In this document: one piece after another, positions 23,401 through 38,400 of the stretch
Position numbering within the stretch: the stretch's first letter is position 1
Layout: each line of letters starts with the position of its first letter
Assembly (NCBI RefSeq): GCF_963853765.1
Contig: NC_088858.1
Coordinates: 6,882,001-6,946,000, forward strand
Direction of reading: 5' to 3'
Origin: Magallana gigas
Lineage: Eukaryota
DNA length: 64,000 nucleotides
Program-made: the position numbers and the translations under genes
Notes under the pieces: generated by a model
Databases searched by the model: none
Seen by the model: only the letters and a program-made list of their open reading frames with translations
What the model was told of the DNA's origin: nothing

Positions 23401-26400
23401 ATATATATAATAGACATCCTTTGTATAATGTTTCATGAAGATTTGATTTTGATATGATTAAAACTGGGGGCAGATATTTGTACATATCAAGTGTAGTCCT
23501 TTGTACCAAGTTTATAGTACTAGTATAATAAATGTTACTTGTTCATATACATGTATTTAAAAAAATAGCTCACGTACTGCAGTTTTCTAGTCTGGTTTTA
23601 TGTACACACTCTGAGCTAACAACTTGAACAAATAAAAAACATTTGAATCCAAAATATACGCTGGCATTTCATGGCTAAATTATTGTCTTTAAAAAAGACA
23701 GAGACAAGGGTGTTGAAGCCCCTTAACTATTACAGTGGATGGCTCTCGGAGTTTATGGATCCCCAGAGCAACCTTGGTCTATGACTGTGGGTCCTCCCCT
23801 CATGTATATGAGTGCCAGCTATCCGCTGTTTGAACTCGCAGTGTCCACTCAAACTTTCCCCCCCAGCGTTCAGGATGTATTTGATTCCGTGCTGGCTAGT
23901 CTCACAAAAGAGTCAATGTTAATATTCTGTACACAATGACTATTCCCCTTTGAGGGCAATGGTGGGAGTGTTTTATGGTAAGTAAACAGTCCCAATATTT
24001 ACAAAACATCCGACACAAATAATCTAGCTACTCTTAAAAAAATTCAATACAAAAAATACCCCAAAAATACATCTGAATGAATACAAGCATGCATTTAAGC
24101 TTTTAAAACGTAATTGCATTCTCACACATTTCTCAATTTAAAAATATATTATTGAATCTACACAGTAATCAATGTTCAATAAACATATTCAGACATTGTA
24201 TGACCCTGAATTATTGGATGACTGTACAATGATCTATGTTTACAATGAAATCCTGAAAACCAAACAGTATTCATACACACTGTTTGACTTAACATGTGTT
24301 CTATTCTTTCCTGTGTTGATATTCAACACTACTCATGTACATAGATACATGCATATACAAATGATTTTAGTTTTTCATTCACAAGATTTTTAAATTTAGC
24401 TCATAACAAGATCCATGATACAAGCATGTGAAAAAGAAAAAAGAATGACTAGAAATCAGAGAGTACCTAACATCACAGGTTCCTACTTATAGGATCACTA
24501 ATAATTAAAGGGGCATGGTCACCATTTTGGTCAAATTTTATTTTTCTGTTTTTAATATTTACAATGCTTTATGAACGCATTTCTAATGATCACATGAAAT
24601 TTCGTTGCCAGTCGTTGAGTTTTAGGCAAGATACAGGGCTCGCAATTCTTCGTAATGTAAACAGGGCTCGTTCCCTGATTTTGTTTACATAGGTTCAATA
24701 TACCAGTAAAAATCTTTTTTAAACTGATTTGTCTATCCTCTTATTCATTTTAAGCATGAATTAACAGTTCCTAACGATTAATACATTCATTTTGTGTTCA
24801 AAACTAGAATTTTCACTTCAACATTCAAAATGTAAACAAAAGCTTTGTTTACATAGCGAAGAATCGAAAGCTCTGTAACTTGCTTATAACACAACAAATG
24901 ACACTCAAATTTTGGATGCCTTTTTAAAATGCCTTACTGAAGCATTGCAAACACTTAAATCGAAAAATAATTTTTGACCAAAATCATGACCGTGTCCCTT
25001 TAAACTGTTTTACAATTGCACTCATTTTAATTTCATATTATAAATAACTAAGTTTGCCTTGACTTTATCCATTACACATCTTTTAAACATGGTTTATTGG
25101 AAATGTACTTACATAAAAATATGTATACAACAAGAGCACTTCTTTTAGATATTAAAGCCATTGACAATATAAAATAAGTATGCATTATATCCCCAAAGTA
25201 GGTTTTATTGCACTTACTGGTGGGGTCCTTTCTGATGACATCATTGCTGTCGACCTGTAGCGTGGCTGCTGCCCCGTCCCTGGTTACCTTGACAACATGA
25301 TAGTTCCCGTCAGTTACCTTGGTGAAGTGGTCTCCAATAGGAACGGACATCTGTGACCCCATGTTGTAAGACACAAACACGGAGCCATTAATCTGAATGA
25401 AGAAAACAGATGAAAGTGATAAGACACACCTAGGACTGACCATGAAAAAGCACAACCCTGCAGATCACTTGGATTGCTTCCTCTTGCTGTATGCAATCTG
25501 TGTGCCAATTTTGACAACCCTATTTCACACAGTATTGCCTTTAACTCCACACAAAGTGCAGACAGATACACCACTGCATTCAATAAAACCTCAGTCAAAA
25601 GACAGTTATAGTGTCTTCTGATTTTTTAAAATAGCCAGCTTTCTGATCAAGCTTACGATTTCTACTTCCAGGAAGTCCGCTCCTGTCTGACTCTCCACAC
25701 GTAAAAGAGTCACTTGTTTCTCCTGACTGGAGCTCGTCCGGAACCCGAAGGCCAGTCTGTCGCTGGTCCGGCTAGGGAGGGAGTCAGGGGGGTAGTAGTA
25801 GGTAATCAGCCCCGGGGTGGGACCAAATGTGGCTGACATGCTCTCTGAAAAGACAATCACAAATCAGGCTCGAACGAGGAATAAATGATGCAATATACAT
25901 GCAAATGTTGGCGTTTCAATAGATTATTTCAACAGATTATTTCCCATGAGATGTCAAAGTAATTGCTGCACGCAAATTTTCAGCATCAGAAATTAATTCC
26001 TTTCTAGATTATGCATTGCAATAATTTGTTATTCAAATCATGTTGATAGAATTGTTCATTGCTGTTAAAATTTTGTTTTCTATTCCTAAAAAGGAATGAA
26101 TTTCACAAACAATGTAAATCTTGTGTAATGTATAACATGACAAGACACCATCCTACCTTGCATACACCTTGGTCCTGTGTAAGAGGTCATTTTACAGTCA
26201 CACTGGAAACTGTTCCACTGCTCTATACAATACCCTCCATTCATGCAGGAATCTGCACGGCAGCTATTACTGGCACCTTGATCCAGAAAAAACATCACAG
26301 AATACACATAGTTGCAATCAGTGCTTTGCAGTACATGAATAAAGACTGAACAAAAAGACTTCTATGAAGAGAATAAACTTAGCAACAACAGCTCTTTTAT

Positions 26401-29400
26401 GAACTGTTACCTTGACAACCCTCCTCTACACCATAGTAAATCTTCTCTGCTTCTCTGAATAAGTTAGGCCTCCGCCCATTAAAGTCGACAGACGCCATGC
26501 ATCCCTGGAATCCATAAGGTGATGAATACGGAATGTCATTGAACATGGACTTACTGACTCCCCCGACATAAAGGTAACCAGTCAGATCCAGATGCAGCTT
26601 GGTTGACCCCGTGAGGTCACTGATGGTTGGATGTTCATCGTCCACGCGGATCTGGATCTGCTCAAGCCCCGGTCGTTGTACGGACACCAGGTGCCACTGG
26701 TTGTCGTTGAGTCGTTGCTGGATGTTGACCACCACACGCTGTGGGCCCCCGCCCATGTTAAACAGGACGTGGAGATACCCATCCTGTAGCTCTATAGCGA
26801 TGAAATCCGGTCCCTGGCCACCGTTATACAGTAACAAACCATACAACTCAATTGTCTTAAATTGGAAGGAAATGGAAAACTGAGACCTGGCAAGCAGTTT
26901 GGGAAGAGTAACATATGCATCTTTTGACTTGAATGTCACAGTGTCCTTAAGAACTGGAGCATCCGAGTTAAACTGAGCAGTGATATTCAGATTTGGAAGT
27001 GAATTGGTCTTGGCAAGCTGGATAATCTCCTTGTTGTTAAAGTAAAACTGTTGCATAGATCCCACAAAGCTAGGAATTTGGTGGAGATATAAGTCATCCT
27101 TTGGCATGATGCTTCTACCTACCTCCATCTGTAGCAGGTTCATTGACTGGTGCACTCTGGGATATGTATCTGGAAAACAGACCCAATAAAAGTAAACATA
27201 TGAAGCAAGAAGTTTTACAACAAGATAACTTTGTGCAATCAGTTATTACTAACATTTTATTGCATTTATTGGTGAAAAAACCAGCTAGGTCAGTGGGCCA
27301 TTCATTGCTCACCTGAGTTACTGGTTACTGAAACAAAGCAGACCAAATCAATATTTGTGCAATCTGTATGCTTGGATTTGTAAAAATATTATTTTGCTTG
27401 TAATCAAGCTTGTTTTGTTTAGTGCTTTGTCTCTGTTTTATGTCCATTACTAATAAGACAGCATCACTAGTTCTTTTAAATAAAACCTGAAGAAGAGAAA
27501 AGATGGAAACAAAACATGCAGAGGACAGACATCTTTGAACAGAAAATCCCATAACTGTCTCTGACTCAGGCAAGCTCATATACGAACTTTGTCATCTCCA
27601 TCACGAATTTTTAACAACATTCCCATATAAATATGGTTTTTGCACACTCAACAATAAAACCGCCAAACACAATAGAGATAAATAATCTAAAAGTCTATAA
27701 ATAAGCAGTTCTACAATCTCCACCATGCAATAAATCAGTACATACAGAAATGCAATTACCAGAAACAAGAAAATTGCAGATGTGCAATAACAAAGCAGTC
27801 ACAAAAGACCAAATAAATGACAATTTTAATTTCAAATCACTTCTATGATATTGCAAGTCTCCAGAGACATTCAGCACAGAGGTGCACAAGGATGAAGTGA
27901 CTAATGCCAAGTGGGAGTAAGAAAAAAATAGGGATGAAATGAAAAACGCGTGAAAGCAGGGACAATGGAGGGAACCAGGCATAGTGACATTGCCAGGAAG
28001 GCCCGAGGATGAGAAACAAGTATATTTACCAGAAGGCAATGGGCCGGGGGAACCTAGCAACAAGAGTTTTATGTTCATGACCTTCACATAGGAGGAAGAG
28101 AATGCTACTGAAAAATAGAGAAGAATCAATCAATAGAGAGACTGCTGCAGGCCGCTAAGACCGGGTCTAATGTGTTGTGTTCAAATCTTTACATTATTAT
28201 ATTGCCGTTATCTGATTGCTTTACACAGATTGGGTCATACAAAGAGTTCCCTTTTGGTTTTCTGTAATTTTTACGACAAAGATTTAAAATGAGACTTGAA
28301 ATTCGAAACAACGATTTAAAGCGTCTCTATGGGATAAGAATTTTAAAATTCTTAATATCATATGTAGATTTCTAGTACGGTAGATAGAGCTAATATAAGT
28401 GCAATTAATCAAAAGACAGGTGTGATATCTTGAATGTTACCTGCACTAGGGTAATTGTCGTCTATTTTCAGGGTGAGTGTATCCCCTCGCCTTGTCATGT
28501 AAACAGTATGCCAAGCTAGGTCATTTAGTCTCTCTCGGCCAATTGTCATTTGCTGAAAAAGTAAAAGTTAAACACCTAATTTTTATACTGCAACATCAAA
28601 ACACTTAAAAATTGTATTATGTCCTATAAATTTTTGGCTCACTAGTGATACCCCCGCTCTGATGTGAATATGCAAAAAAAGCAAAGTCATCATTTAACAG
28701 GAAGTTGACATCCGATTGAAACAAAAATATATTCAACAATATGGCATGCCAAAACAAATAGTGTGTAAAACTTTCAAGCATCTGCGATAAATAGCTGCTG
28801 AGAAATCTTTGACGAAAATTTGGGCTAAAATTAAACAAAGTCGACATTTAACAGGAAGTTGACACCCGATTGGTACAGAAATATATCCAACGATATGGCA
28901 TGCCTATACAAATATTGTGTAAAAATTTCAAGCATCTGCGATAAATAGTTGCTGAGAATTCTTTGACGGAAATTTGTTTGAAAATTTTGGCAAAAAATAA
29001 ACAAAGTCGTCATTTAACAGGAAGTTGACGTCTGATTGGTACAAAAATACATCCCACGATATGGCATGCCTAAACAAATAGTGTGTTAAAATTTCAAGCA
29101 TCTACGATAAATAGCTGCTGAATAAATCTTTGACGAAAATTTGGTTGAAAATTTTGGCAAAAAATAAACAAAGTTGTCATTTAACAGGAAGTTGACGTCT
29201 GATTGGTACAAAAATATATCCCAGGATATGGCATGCCTATACAAATACTGTGTAAAAATTTCAAGCATCTGTGATAAACAGTTGCTGAGAAATCTTTGAC
29301 GAAAATTTGTTTGAAAATTTTGGTTAAAAAATAAGCAAAGTCATCATTTAACAGGAAGTTAACGTCCGATTGGTACAAAAATATATCCCACGATATGGTA

Positions 29401-32400
29401 TGCCTTAACCAACACTGTGTTAAAATTTCAAGCATCTACGATAAATAGTTGCTGAGATAAATGCGACAGAAATTTTTGTTACAGACGGACAGACAGACGG
29501 ACAGACAGACAGACACACAAGGGTAAAACAGTATTCCCCCTCTCCTTCGGAGCAGGGGTATAAAAATGGGATACAGCAAATAAAAAAACACTACACGTTT
29601 ACTTCAAATTTTGCAAAATTTACAAAAAAAAAGATTTTATACCAAATCCAACTGATCCCTTGATCCTTATATTCCCCTATCTAAGACCCCTAGCTCCTCA
29701 TTGACACTTTGATTCCCATTGACCCCTTGCTCCTCACTCACACTTTGATTCCCATTGACCCCTAGCTCCTCACTGACGCTTTGATTCCCATTGACCCCTA
29801 GCTCCTCACTGAAGCTTTGATTCCCATTGACCCCTAGCTCCTCACTGACGCTTTGATTCCCAATGACCCCTAGCTCCTCACTGACGCTTTGATTCCCAAT
29901 GACCCCTAGCTCCTCACTGACGCTTTGATTCCCATTTACCCCTAGCTCCTCACTGACGCTTTGATTCCCATTGACCCCTAGCTCCTCACTGACGCTTTGA
30001 TTCCCATTGACCCCTAGCTTCTCACTGACGCTTTGATTCCCATTGACCCCTAGCTCCTCACTGATGCTTTGATTCCCATTGACTCCTAGCTTCTCACTGA
30101 CACTTTGATTCCCATCGACCCCTAGCTCCTCACTGACGCTTTGATTCCCATTTACCCCTAGCTCCTCACTGACGCTTTGATTCCCATTGACTCCTAGCTT
30201 CTTACTGACACTTTGATTCCCATTGACCCCTAGCTCCTCACTGATGCTTTGATTCCCATTGACCCCTAGCTCCTCACTGACGTTTTGATTCCCATTGACC
30301 CCTAGCTCCTCACTGACGCTTTGATTCCCATTGACTCCTAGCTTCTTACTGACACTTTGATTCCCATTGACCCCTAGCTCCTCACTGATGCTTTGATTCC
30401 CATTGACCCCTAGCTCCTCACTGACGTTTTGATTCCCATTGACCCCTAGCTCCTCACTGACACTTTGATTCCCATTGACCCCTAGCTCCCAAACTGATCC
30501 CCTGGTTCCTACTGACCCCTAGCTCCCAACTGATCCCGTCATTTGCTCCCCAATAATTCTAAAAATCCCTATTAACTTCTATATCTCCATTGATTTTCAA
30601 ATCTCCTATGACTTCTTAAGATTCCCAGTAACTTCTAGATCCCCACTGATCCCTAGCTCCCTAGTAGTCCTAATCCTCATTAACCTCTAGATCCCGATTG
30701 CTCTTTACATCCATATTGACACTTAGATCCCCACTAAACCCTAGCTCTCCACTAACACAGTTTTCCCACTGATCCCAACTAATTAACCCCTTGCTCTCCA
30801 TTGATCCTTAGATCCCCATTAACACCTAGATCCCAATTGATCTTTAGCTCCCCACTGACTTCTACATCCCACTGCCCCTAACTCCCCGTTGACTTCTTTA
30901 TTCCCACCTCTTTTTGGTTGCTGATGCTGATCTCCAGTTTGAGCTTCCCCCTGTCTAGGTATAGCAGCAGCATGTCCGAGGACTTCTGGGAGGAGGTGAC
31001 CAGAAGAAGACCGGATTCCCGCTCTGTCCGGAACCGCAGTGAAATGTCCTCCACCTCAGTCACTGACTCCTCAGGAAATGCCACTTTCATGTACTGACCA
31101 CCATCAAAATTTAGAGTGGATGCAACTGAATCAAAAAGCCAACAAAACATTTTATAACTAATAGTATACACGGTATATAGTAATGATTTGTGGAAATCTT
31201 TTTTTGCATATTTATTTGCAAACAATTTCATCTTGATCAAAGTGATTTAAAATAGCAAGGAAAAAACAGAGGATTCCTCATATTAATGATATATGTATCT
31301 ATTATTATAAAATCAAGTTATAATTTTCAGGGAAAAGCAAGTCAAAACTGACATTCATATGTAGATAAACATTTTTATGTATGTACCCAATAAAAATGTT
31401 CATACTGACTTGAACATCAATTCACTTGTTGTTGATAAAGGCAAAAATCTTAACCAAAAAAGTATCAACAACAAAGTTCATTGTCTTTGGACATGAAACT
31501 CTGCAATATCCTAAGATTAAATAACTGTCCATGTTTGTAAGCCTTAAGTGTACATTTTACTTCCTGCAGGGAAATCAATATTTTACAGGGATGGAGATTA
31601 GCCTGTTAAACCAATTTCCATATATTTGGAGGATATAAGCAATATACTCCGAGTTTTCCAGAAATGGTGTGCTGCCATTTCTTACTGAAGTCAAATGGAC
31701 TGCATGATGAAATGGCAGCAGATTAGGAATAGACTTAATGGAAGGTATCTGGTTTTCTACAAATGCCCCGACTCATCAACATCCCACCACCATCAGATAT
31801 ACAGTACATCTATCAAATTGCTCAATTGGACAGATAGTACATCGCAGTCTTGATTAATTGCCAAATCTCAGACAAATATTCCCTGTGATGACAATTTGGC
31901 TTTGGATAAGGGGGGCCTGAAAATCCATCTAATGGCAGTGGTAAGGGCATTAAACCAAATAAGTCAGACAAACTGATGCCAGAGCCTTGATTTGATGGTA
32001 AATTCAGCTTACCAATTTGTTGCTTTGTCTTCCTAATGAACACTAAGAAGAGATATTCCTAATATGGTAAGCTCCTGTTTTACAATACATTTGTTGTGGT
32101 AACATGTATATATCATTTTCATGAACTTTGGAAATAAAATTGAGTTGTTTTAGGATACATTTGTTAAGTAACTTGTATATACTGATTACCAGTGTATTCA
32201 TGAACTTAAGCTACCGGAAACAAATTATTGAGTCAAGTGTGGCTACTCATAAAAAGATCAAATAAGTAGTTTGCTATAACTTGAGTTTGATCATTCTCCT
32301 ATGCACTTCTCACATGTTTAATATTTACAATGACAAAAAATGTGACTACTGTTCCGAGAGTAGATGAGTTTTAGTGATTCTATCAATATTTATGCCTACT

Positions 32401-35400
32401 AAGATAATGGAAACGAGCACAGATGTTGGCACAACCTTATTAATTCATGCTTACTGTCTCCAAAAACGGCAAAATGTTTGATTAAGTATTCCTCCATTAA
32501 TAACTTCAAACAGAGAAATTGATCTGCCCCATACCCTAATTAAGGGACCATTCTGGTTTCTGGGGCTGGTTTTAGCCATGGTGACTACATACTTCACAAA
32601 TAATCATCACTTGTAAATGGATGCATTTCCTGAAATTAGCCAATTGATCTAGATCACAAAATCCACAGGGGAGTTGCATATTATTTTGCATTAACTATCG
32701 TTTTGAACTACATCAACAAGATCTGTACCAGCATCAGATGCTTTTTACTGAGCTAATGGCCAGCTAGCAAGGAGAAAGAAAGCATTCACCATCCAGATCC
32801 TACTCTTTATAGCGATCACTCAGACGATGACTGCAAAACACAGCGTCTACATCTGATGATCCAGTACCAAAAACTGTTCTGATATCAATGCCTTCTGAAG
32901 TTTTTTCTTATCTGTTTTGATATTTAAGTACATGCTAATGTGTGAACCAAAAATTTCTAACATATTTACTGGCTCTGATCAACACATAGTTACGGTAAAC
33001 AAACTTGTGCTTAAAAATTTCATCCAAACAATTTTCAAGATACTCCAAGCAAAGTGTATACATGTATTACTTTATACAGTAAATGAAAAAAAAGGGCACT
33101 TTTATTGATGTAAAATAGTTACCATTATCAATGACTGACAAAACATTCATACCAACTGTCCAAATTTTTCCTAAGCTTTTTTTTTTCCCACTATGACTGC
33201 ACTCACCTGACTGATACTGTGTACGATATCCCCTATAACTTCCCACCTGTCCTATCACCTGAGCCCACTCACCTGACTGGCATTAATTGTGTGCCACTGT
33301 ATGATATCCCCTTTAACATCCCACCTGCCCTATCACCTGAGCCCACTCACCTGACTGGCATTAATTGTGTGCCACTGTATGATATCCCCTTTAACATCCC
33401 ACCTGCCCTATCACCTGAGCCCACTCACCAGACTGGCATTAATTGTGTGCCACTGTATGATATCCCCTTTAACATCCCACCTGCCCTATCACCTGAGTCC
33501 ACTCACCTGACTGGCATTAATTGTGTGCCACTGTATGATATCCCTTATAACTTCCCACCTGTCCTATCACCTGAGCCCACTCACCTGACTGGCATTAATT
33601 GTGTGCCACTGTATGATATCCCCTATAATATCCTACCTTTCCTATCACCTGAGCCCACTCACCTGACTGACACTGTGTGCCTCTGTATGAGGTCCCCCGA
33701 CAGTCACACATGTACCTGTTCCAACCCTCGGAACAGGCCCCTCCATTTAGACAGGGCCGAGTTGAACACTTGACCCAGGTCTCGACCTTGCACCGGTCAC
33801 CTATCCCTGCCCGGCTGTTCTTCCTGGCCACCATTAACAGGTCCACTTTGTTTTCGTTCAGTACGAGGTCCTGCATGCACCCAACATAGCCATATCCAAG
33901 AGTCCCTGCCCAAAGGTCTTTCGGAATACCCTCATTAGTTGTTCCAAATCCCCCAACATAGAGCTCTCCATCCAGGTTTAGGTTTGTGCTGTTGCCTGGA
34001 ACAGTGTAATCTTTGGCCTCATTATCCAGAGAAAATGACCCAGATTTCCTAGTGGCAAAGTGTTTCAAAGTCACATGATGTGGCATCTTATCGTTTATTT
34101 TTTTGGCTATTTTGTCTTTGAATGCTCCAGAACCTAAGTCAATGATGAACCACAGGTAACCGTCAAATATTTCAAAGGCGAAAAAGTCTGAATTTCCTCT
34201 TCTGCGGTTATACATGATGACCCCTTTGTCTTCACTGGTTTGGAATGTAAATGAGAGAGAGGATCCCTCCTTTCTTACCTCCCAGCGAGGGAGTGGGATG
34301 AAGGACTCAGGGGTGGTGAAAGTAATTGGGTTAGTTTCTACAATATCTTGACATTGGTTGAAGGTTATCTTGCCTTCCACTTGAACAAAACTGTTGCCCA
34401 TCGATGCCATCTTGCTCAGGTCAAGTTTTAAACTGTCAGCCATGTAAATCACCTATAAAAGAAAGAAAATCAGTAGGAAAATGTCATATCTAGAGGATTT
34501 CAGCCACATTGACTGATCTTGAATAAGATATAGATTTATTTCTGTCACATAAAGATGAATCACGATATCCTCTTGTGCTGAAAATTGCCTTGTTAGTGAT
34601 TTTATGTGACATAAAATTGATAGCGGAGGATATTACAAGACGTTTGGTAATGTACACTGCTTACTACCAGAGTCTCTGTCTGATATTATTCCAAATTATG
34701 GGGATGTTTGTACACTTTTATTACTGAGATTTCGAAGGTCTTTGACAAAAACATCAAGTAAAGTTTGACAAGGAAAAGTATTAGCCACCAAATACCACCC
34801 AGATGGCTGATCAAACATGCATCCAAATCATCCTGTAAATCTTATTTTAGTCAATTCATCAAGAGCTTGCAGATAATGATTTTATCATGTTTATTACAGA
34901 TAAAAACTGCAACATTAAACATTCCCTCAAAATTAGGTTGCATTGACATTTGCAAAAGCCATAACTTCATTTTTAATCAGAGGTTTCCCCCCACAAAACG
35001 CATAAAAGACTGCATGGTGTAAAACCCTCTCCATAAAATGTCACATCCTTGCAGAGAAGCTAGGGGACTTTGTTACAATTACTGGTAATCAAATAGAATG
35101 ACAGAAGAGGGAGTAAGTGAAAATCAATGGCCCCCACACCACTATTAAAGTTGCTGAATTGTCCAAAAGTCTACAAAAACCATCAATATGTAGGTCAACA
35201 ATTAAAATAACAAGCAGCCCACAGGCCACAATGCTCACCTGAGTGGCAATGTCAAACCTACAAAATTAGATGAATAGCTTAACTATTGAAGTGGCATATT
35301 AATTCTTAAAATACTTGCATCCAATTTTCTTTAATAATTCAAGTTATAGAACTTATTTGTTGAATAAGACTGTTTATAATAAATGTATAATACATGTATA

Positions 35401-38400
35401 TATTTTTATGTAAAATAGTTTCACAAGTTGCAACCTACATTACATCACTGTACATTCAATTTTTATTGAAAGTTATACAGATATGCTTACAAATGAAAGA
35501 AATCTTGAATGAAAAATTCCAACCGATCAAATCAGCTGACATGTTTTGATGACTGTAATTATTCTATACTCTATATATTACAGTCATCGGTTTTCCTACA
35601 GTGATTACATGTTCTGAAGAGAAATAATTGCAAAGTTATGTTTATATTCACATGATGAATTTTGACCTTCAACCATTGGGACCTATTCCTAACCCTAGTT
35701 TGAACAGCATGAAGTAAAATATCAAGGAAGCTTCTATTTTTTACTACCGTAATCCGGTGAATATAATACGCAGTAGTGTACAATACGCACCCCCACTTTG
35801 GGCCTGAAAATTGTGAAAAAAAGCTTGTTGGGATGTATAATACGCATCGAAAAAATTGACCAAACGGTAATCCTTAGTATCAACAAAGCAGTTATACTTT
35901 GTATGCACGCTCAACTTCATCGCGGGAATACGCTACCGGAAATAAGAAAAACACAATATTTTCTTAGATACGGGTTTATTGTAACTAATACATAGCGGTA
36001 ATATCTTTAATTCATAATCGATGTTTTAAATAGACACAGTATTAAATATTCTTCCGTAAATAAAATCAACTACTTTTAACAAGCGTTATATAATTGTTTA
36101 CATGGTTTAGTCATTACAATTCCTGTGAAAAGAAAAACGGACAATGTACAGGTATGGAGAAAACGGACCTAATTAAATTCTTAAATGACTCCGATCAAAG
36201 TGATCAATTAGAGGCCTGGAACATGATAAAATATATGCACAAATAGTTGTGTTGTGTATAGTACACATAGCCTAAGGGGGGTGTCTGAGATACCCAAGGT
36301 GTCAAGCGTTAGCGGTGGTGGAGCACAACTGTTTCAATGGCTTCAATTAACGGAATAGGTTATAGAACTATTTATATTCATAATTATTTGCAATAAATTA
36401 ATTAGTATTACATGAAAATGGTTAAAAATGAGCCAAATGATGTATAAGCTGGTTTCAAAGATCAGTTACAAATAGCACGTGGCCATCCAAGTCCGCATTC
36501 TATTAATAACAGCTGTAATGGCGGCGTACACGGAGATAAAGAATAGGCAGTTCAAATTAATTTTTAAAGGCCATTTTGAAACAGTTTATTTATTAACAGA
36601 CTTAAAGTGTACATTTTCTTTAATTACACGCTATAACAATGATTTCCTAAGGGTTAAATAATAATATATAGGAATGTTACGATGTATAGCGGGGTATCGG
36701 TCCTGTCTGTGAACAGCATAGGTAATTCGGCAGTATGATACCCCGTGCTTCAGTTAGGGAAAAAATATGTCCAAATCCTATAGGGATGTATAATACGCAC
36801 CCCTTTCTCACGGTAAAAAATGCTGGGAAAAAAGTGCGTATTATATTCACCGGATTACGGTATTTGCTATTTAGTTCTAAGGAAAAATATTTTTAAACCC
36901 CTCCCCTCAAACCTGCCTACCTTTTTTTCAACTTCCTAACTTTCTATTCTTGGAGGGAAACTAAGCCTCTCATTTGAATAAACTTGAAAGGCCTTTTTCC
37001 AAGTATATGTATACGTATGCTTTTTGCGTAGTTTGGATGAAATTGGCTCAGTAATTTTGTATAAAGAGTAAGAAAATGTAAAAAGTAAAAAAGTCAAAAA
37101 AATTGGATGGATAGAATTTGAATAAAGCTCACTTGACTTTTGGTTTAGATAAGCTAAAATTCAGAATCTACATGTACTATATAAGCAAATAGGACTATTT
37201 GTGCAAGAAATTTGAAGCTTTAGTGGTTATATTTAAAAATTATTTAAAAATATCTGAAGAACTCTGTAATGGAATAGTAAACACAGCTAACACCAATGTC
37301 ATTACAAACCAAAATGATATTGAGAACGGTGTAGGGTGGACACCACAGGCTCAATTTTATAAACTTATATATTGTGGTTTCACTGGTTCTATGAATTCAG
37401 ATTTTCGATATGTTTAAATGGGGACTCCAATTTACCTTCTCCTTATATAAAACTTTTTTTAAAGGGGGAAGAATAAATATTTTAGTTTTATTAATTCTTA
37501 TTTATATCCACCAATACATGTATAAAAGGTACCTTCATTTCTATCAAACAATGAAGAGGTATAAGGTAAAAGTCTTAGAACATCAGTAATTATTTTTTTC
37601 CCCATAAAAGGTAAATGCAAGCACTACTTGATGGTAGAAACTAGAAAACACTAAAATGAAATATCATTTCTGTCTAAAAGACTATCTGTTTCATGTTTGA
37701 TGGGCAAGCAATAAATTTCTACTTTAGTTCAATTAAATATTTAACCTTTTTATGCTGTTTGATATTAATAAAGAGACGGCAACCATTAATATACGATAAA
37801 TTGATGAAAAGTAATACAACACCTGAAACTTTGCCACATTCTTTACAATCATTTACAAAAGCTGAACTGACTTGATGTTTCATTTTCAATAAAACTGGTA
37901 TTAATATTGACAACACAGATGGACAGTACATCAATAAGATCTACATATGAATAAAAATTAACATTTCCAACCAGAAGCCTTATTATTTAAAACGTGAGAA
38001 AAATGATTTTTGTGTACTCCATAGATGACATGTACTCTACAGCTTTCGATAATTAAATCATGGTGATAATAAAACAGTATTGATATTTTCTAGCAGCTAG
38101 TCTGGATGACCAGTTTGTTTATTGCGTTCTGCACTAAATGCATCAACTGCAGATAAATTTGTACCCAATAGAATCCATTATCATATTCCGATCCTGTCAT
38201 CACTTTTTATCGAATTGCAGCAAATTACCTGGCTATATGGGACAAATTCAGGTATCGTAGAGGATTTTCTTGGATTGCTGCATTAGCTATAATCACTTTT
38301 ATTTTATCTAATGACATTTGCAGAACACTTCATCTAGCTTCTGCACCAATACCAGTTATTCTAAAGCAATGAGCAGAATTGGCAGGTTGTTTGTTCTGCA

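Noticed and set aside
23700-23990. GC-richer island in the SS4 intron as an extra exon or short-isoform promoter
   Set aside because: All - strand frames hit stops quickly and no convincing donor was found; a short terminal exon cannot be excluded but is unsupported.
29650-30490. Stop-free (NGNQSVSEELGV)n frame on the - strand of the 36-bp array
   Set aside because: No start codon or acceptor is evident, and reading in from the upstream exon stops after VGIKKSTGS. An open frame is expected in a repeat whose unit is a multiple of 3.
33219-33773. 184-aa + strand ORF with 26-aa repeats
   Set aside because: By-product of the 78-bp array and antisense to a neurexin exon.
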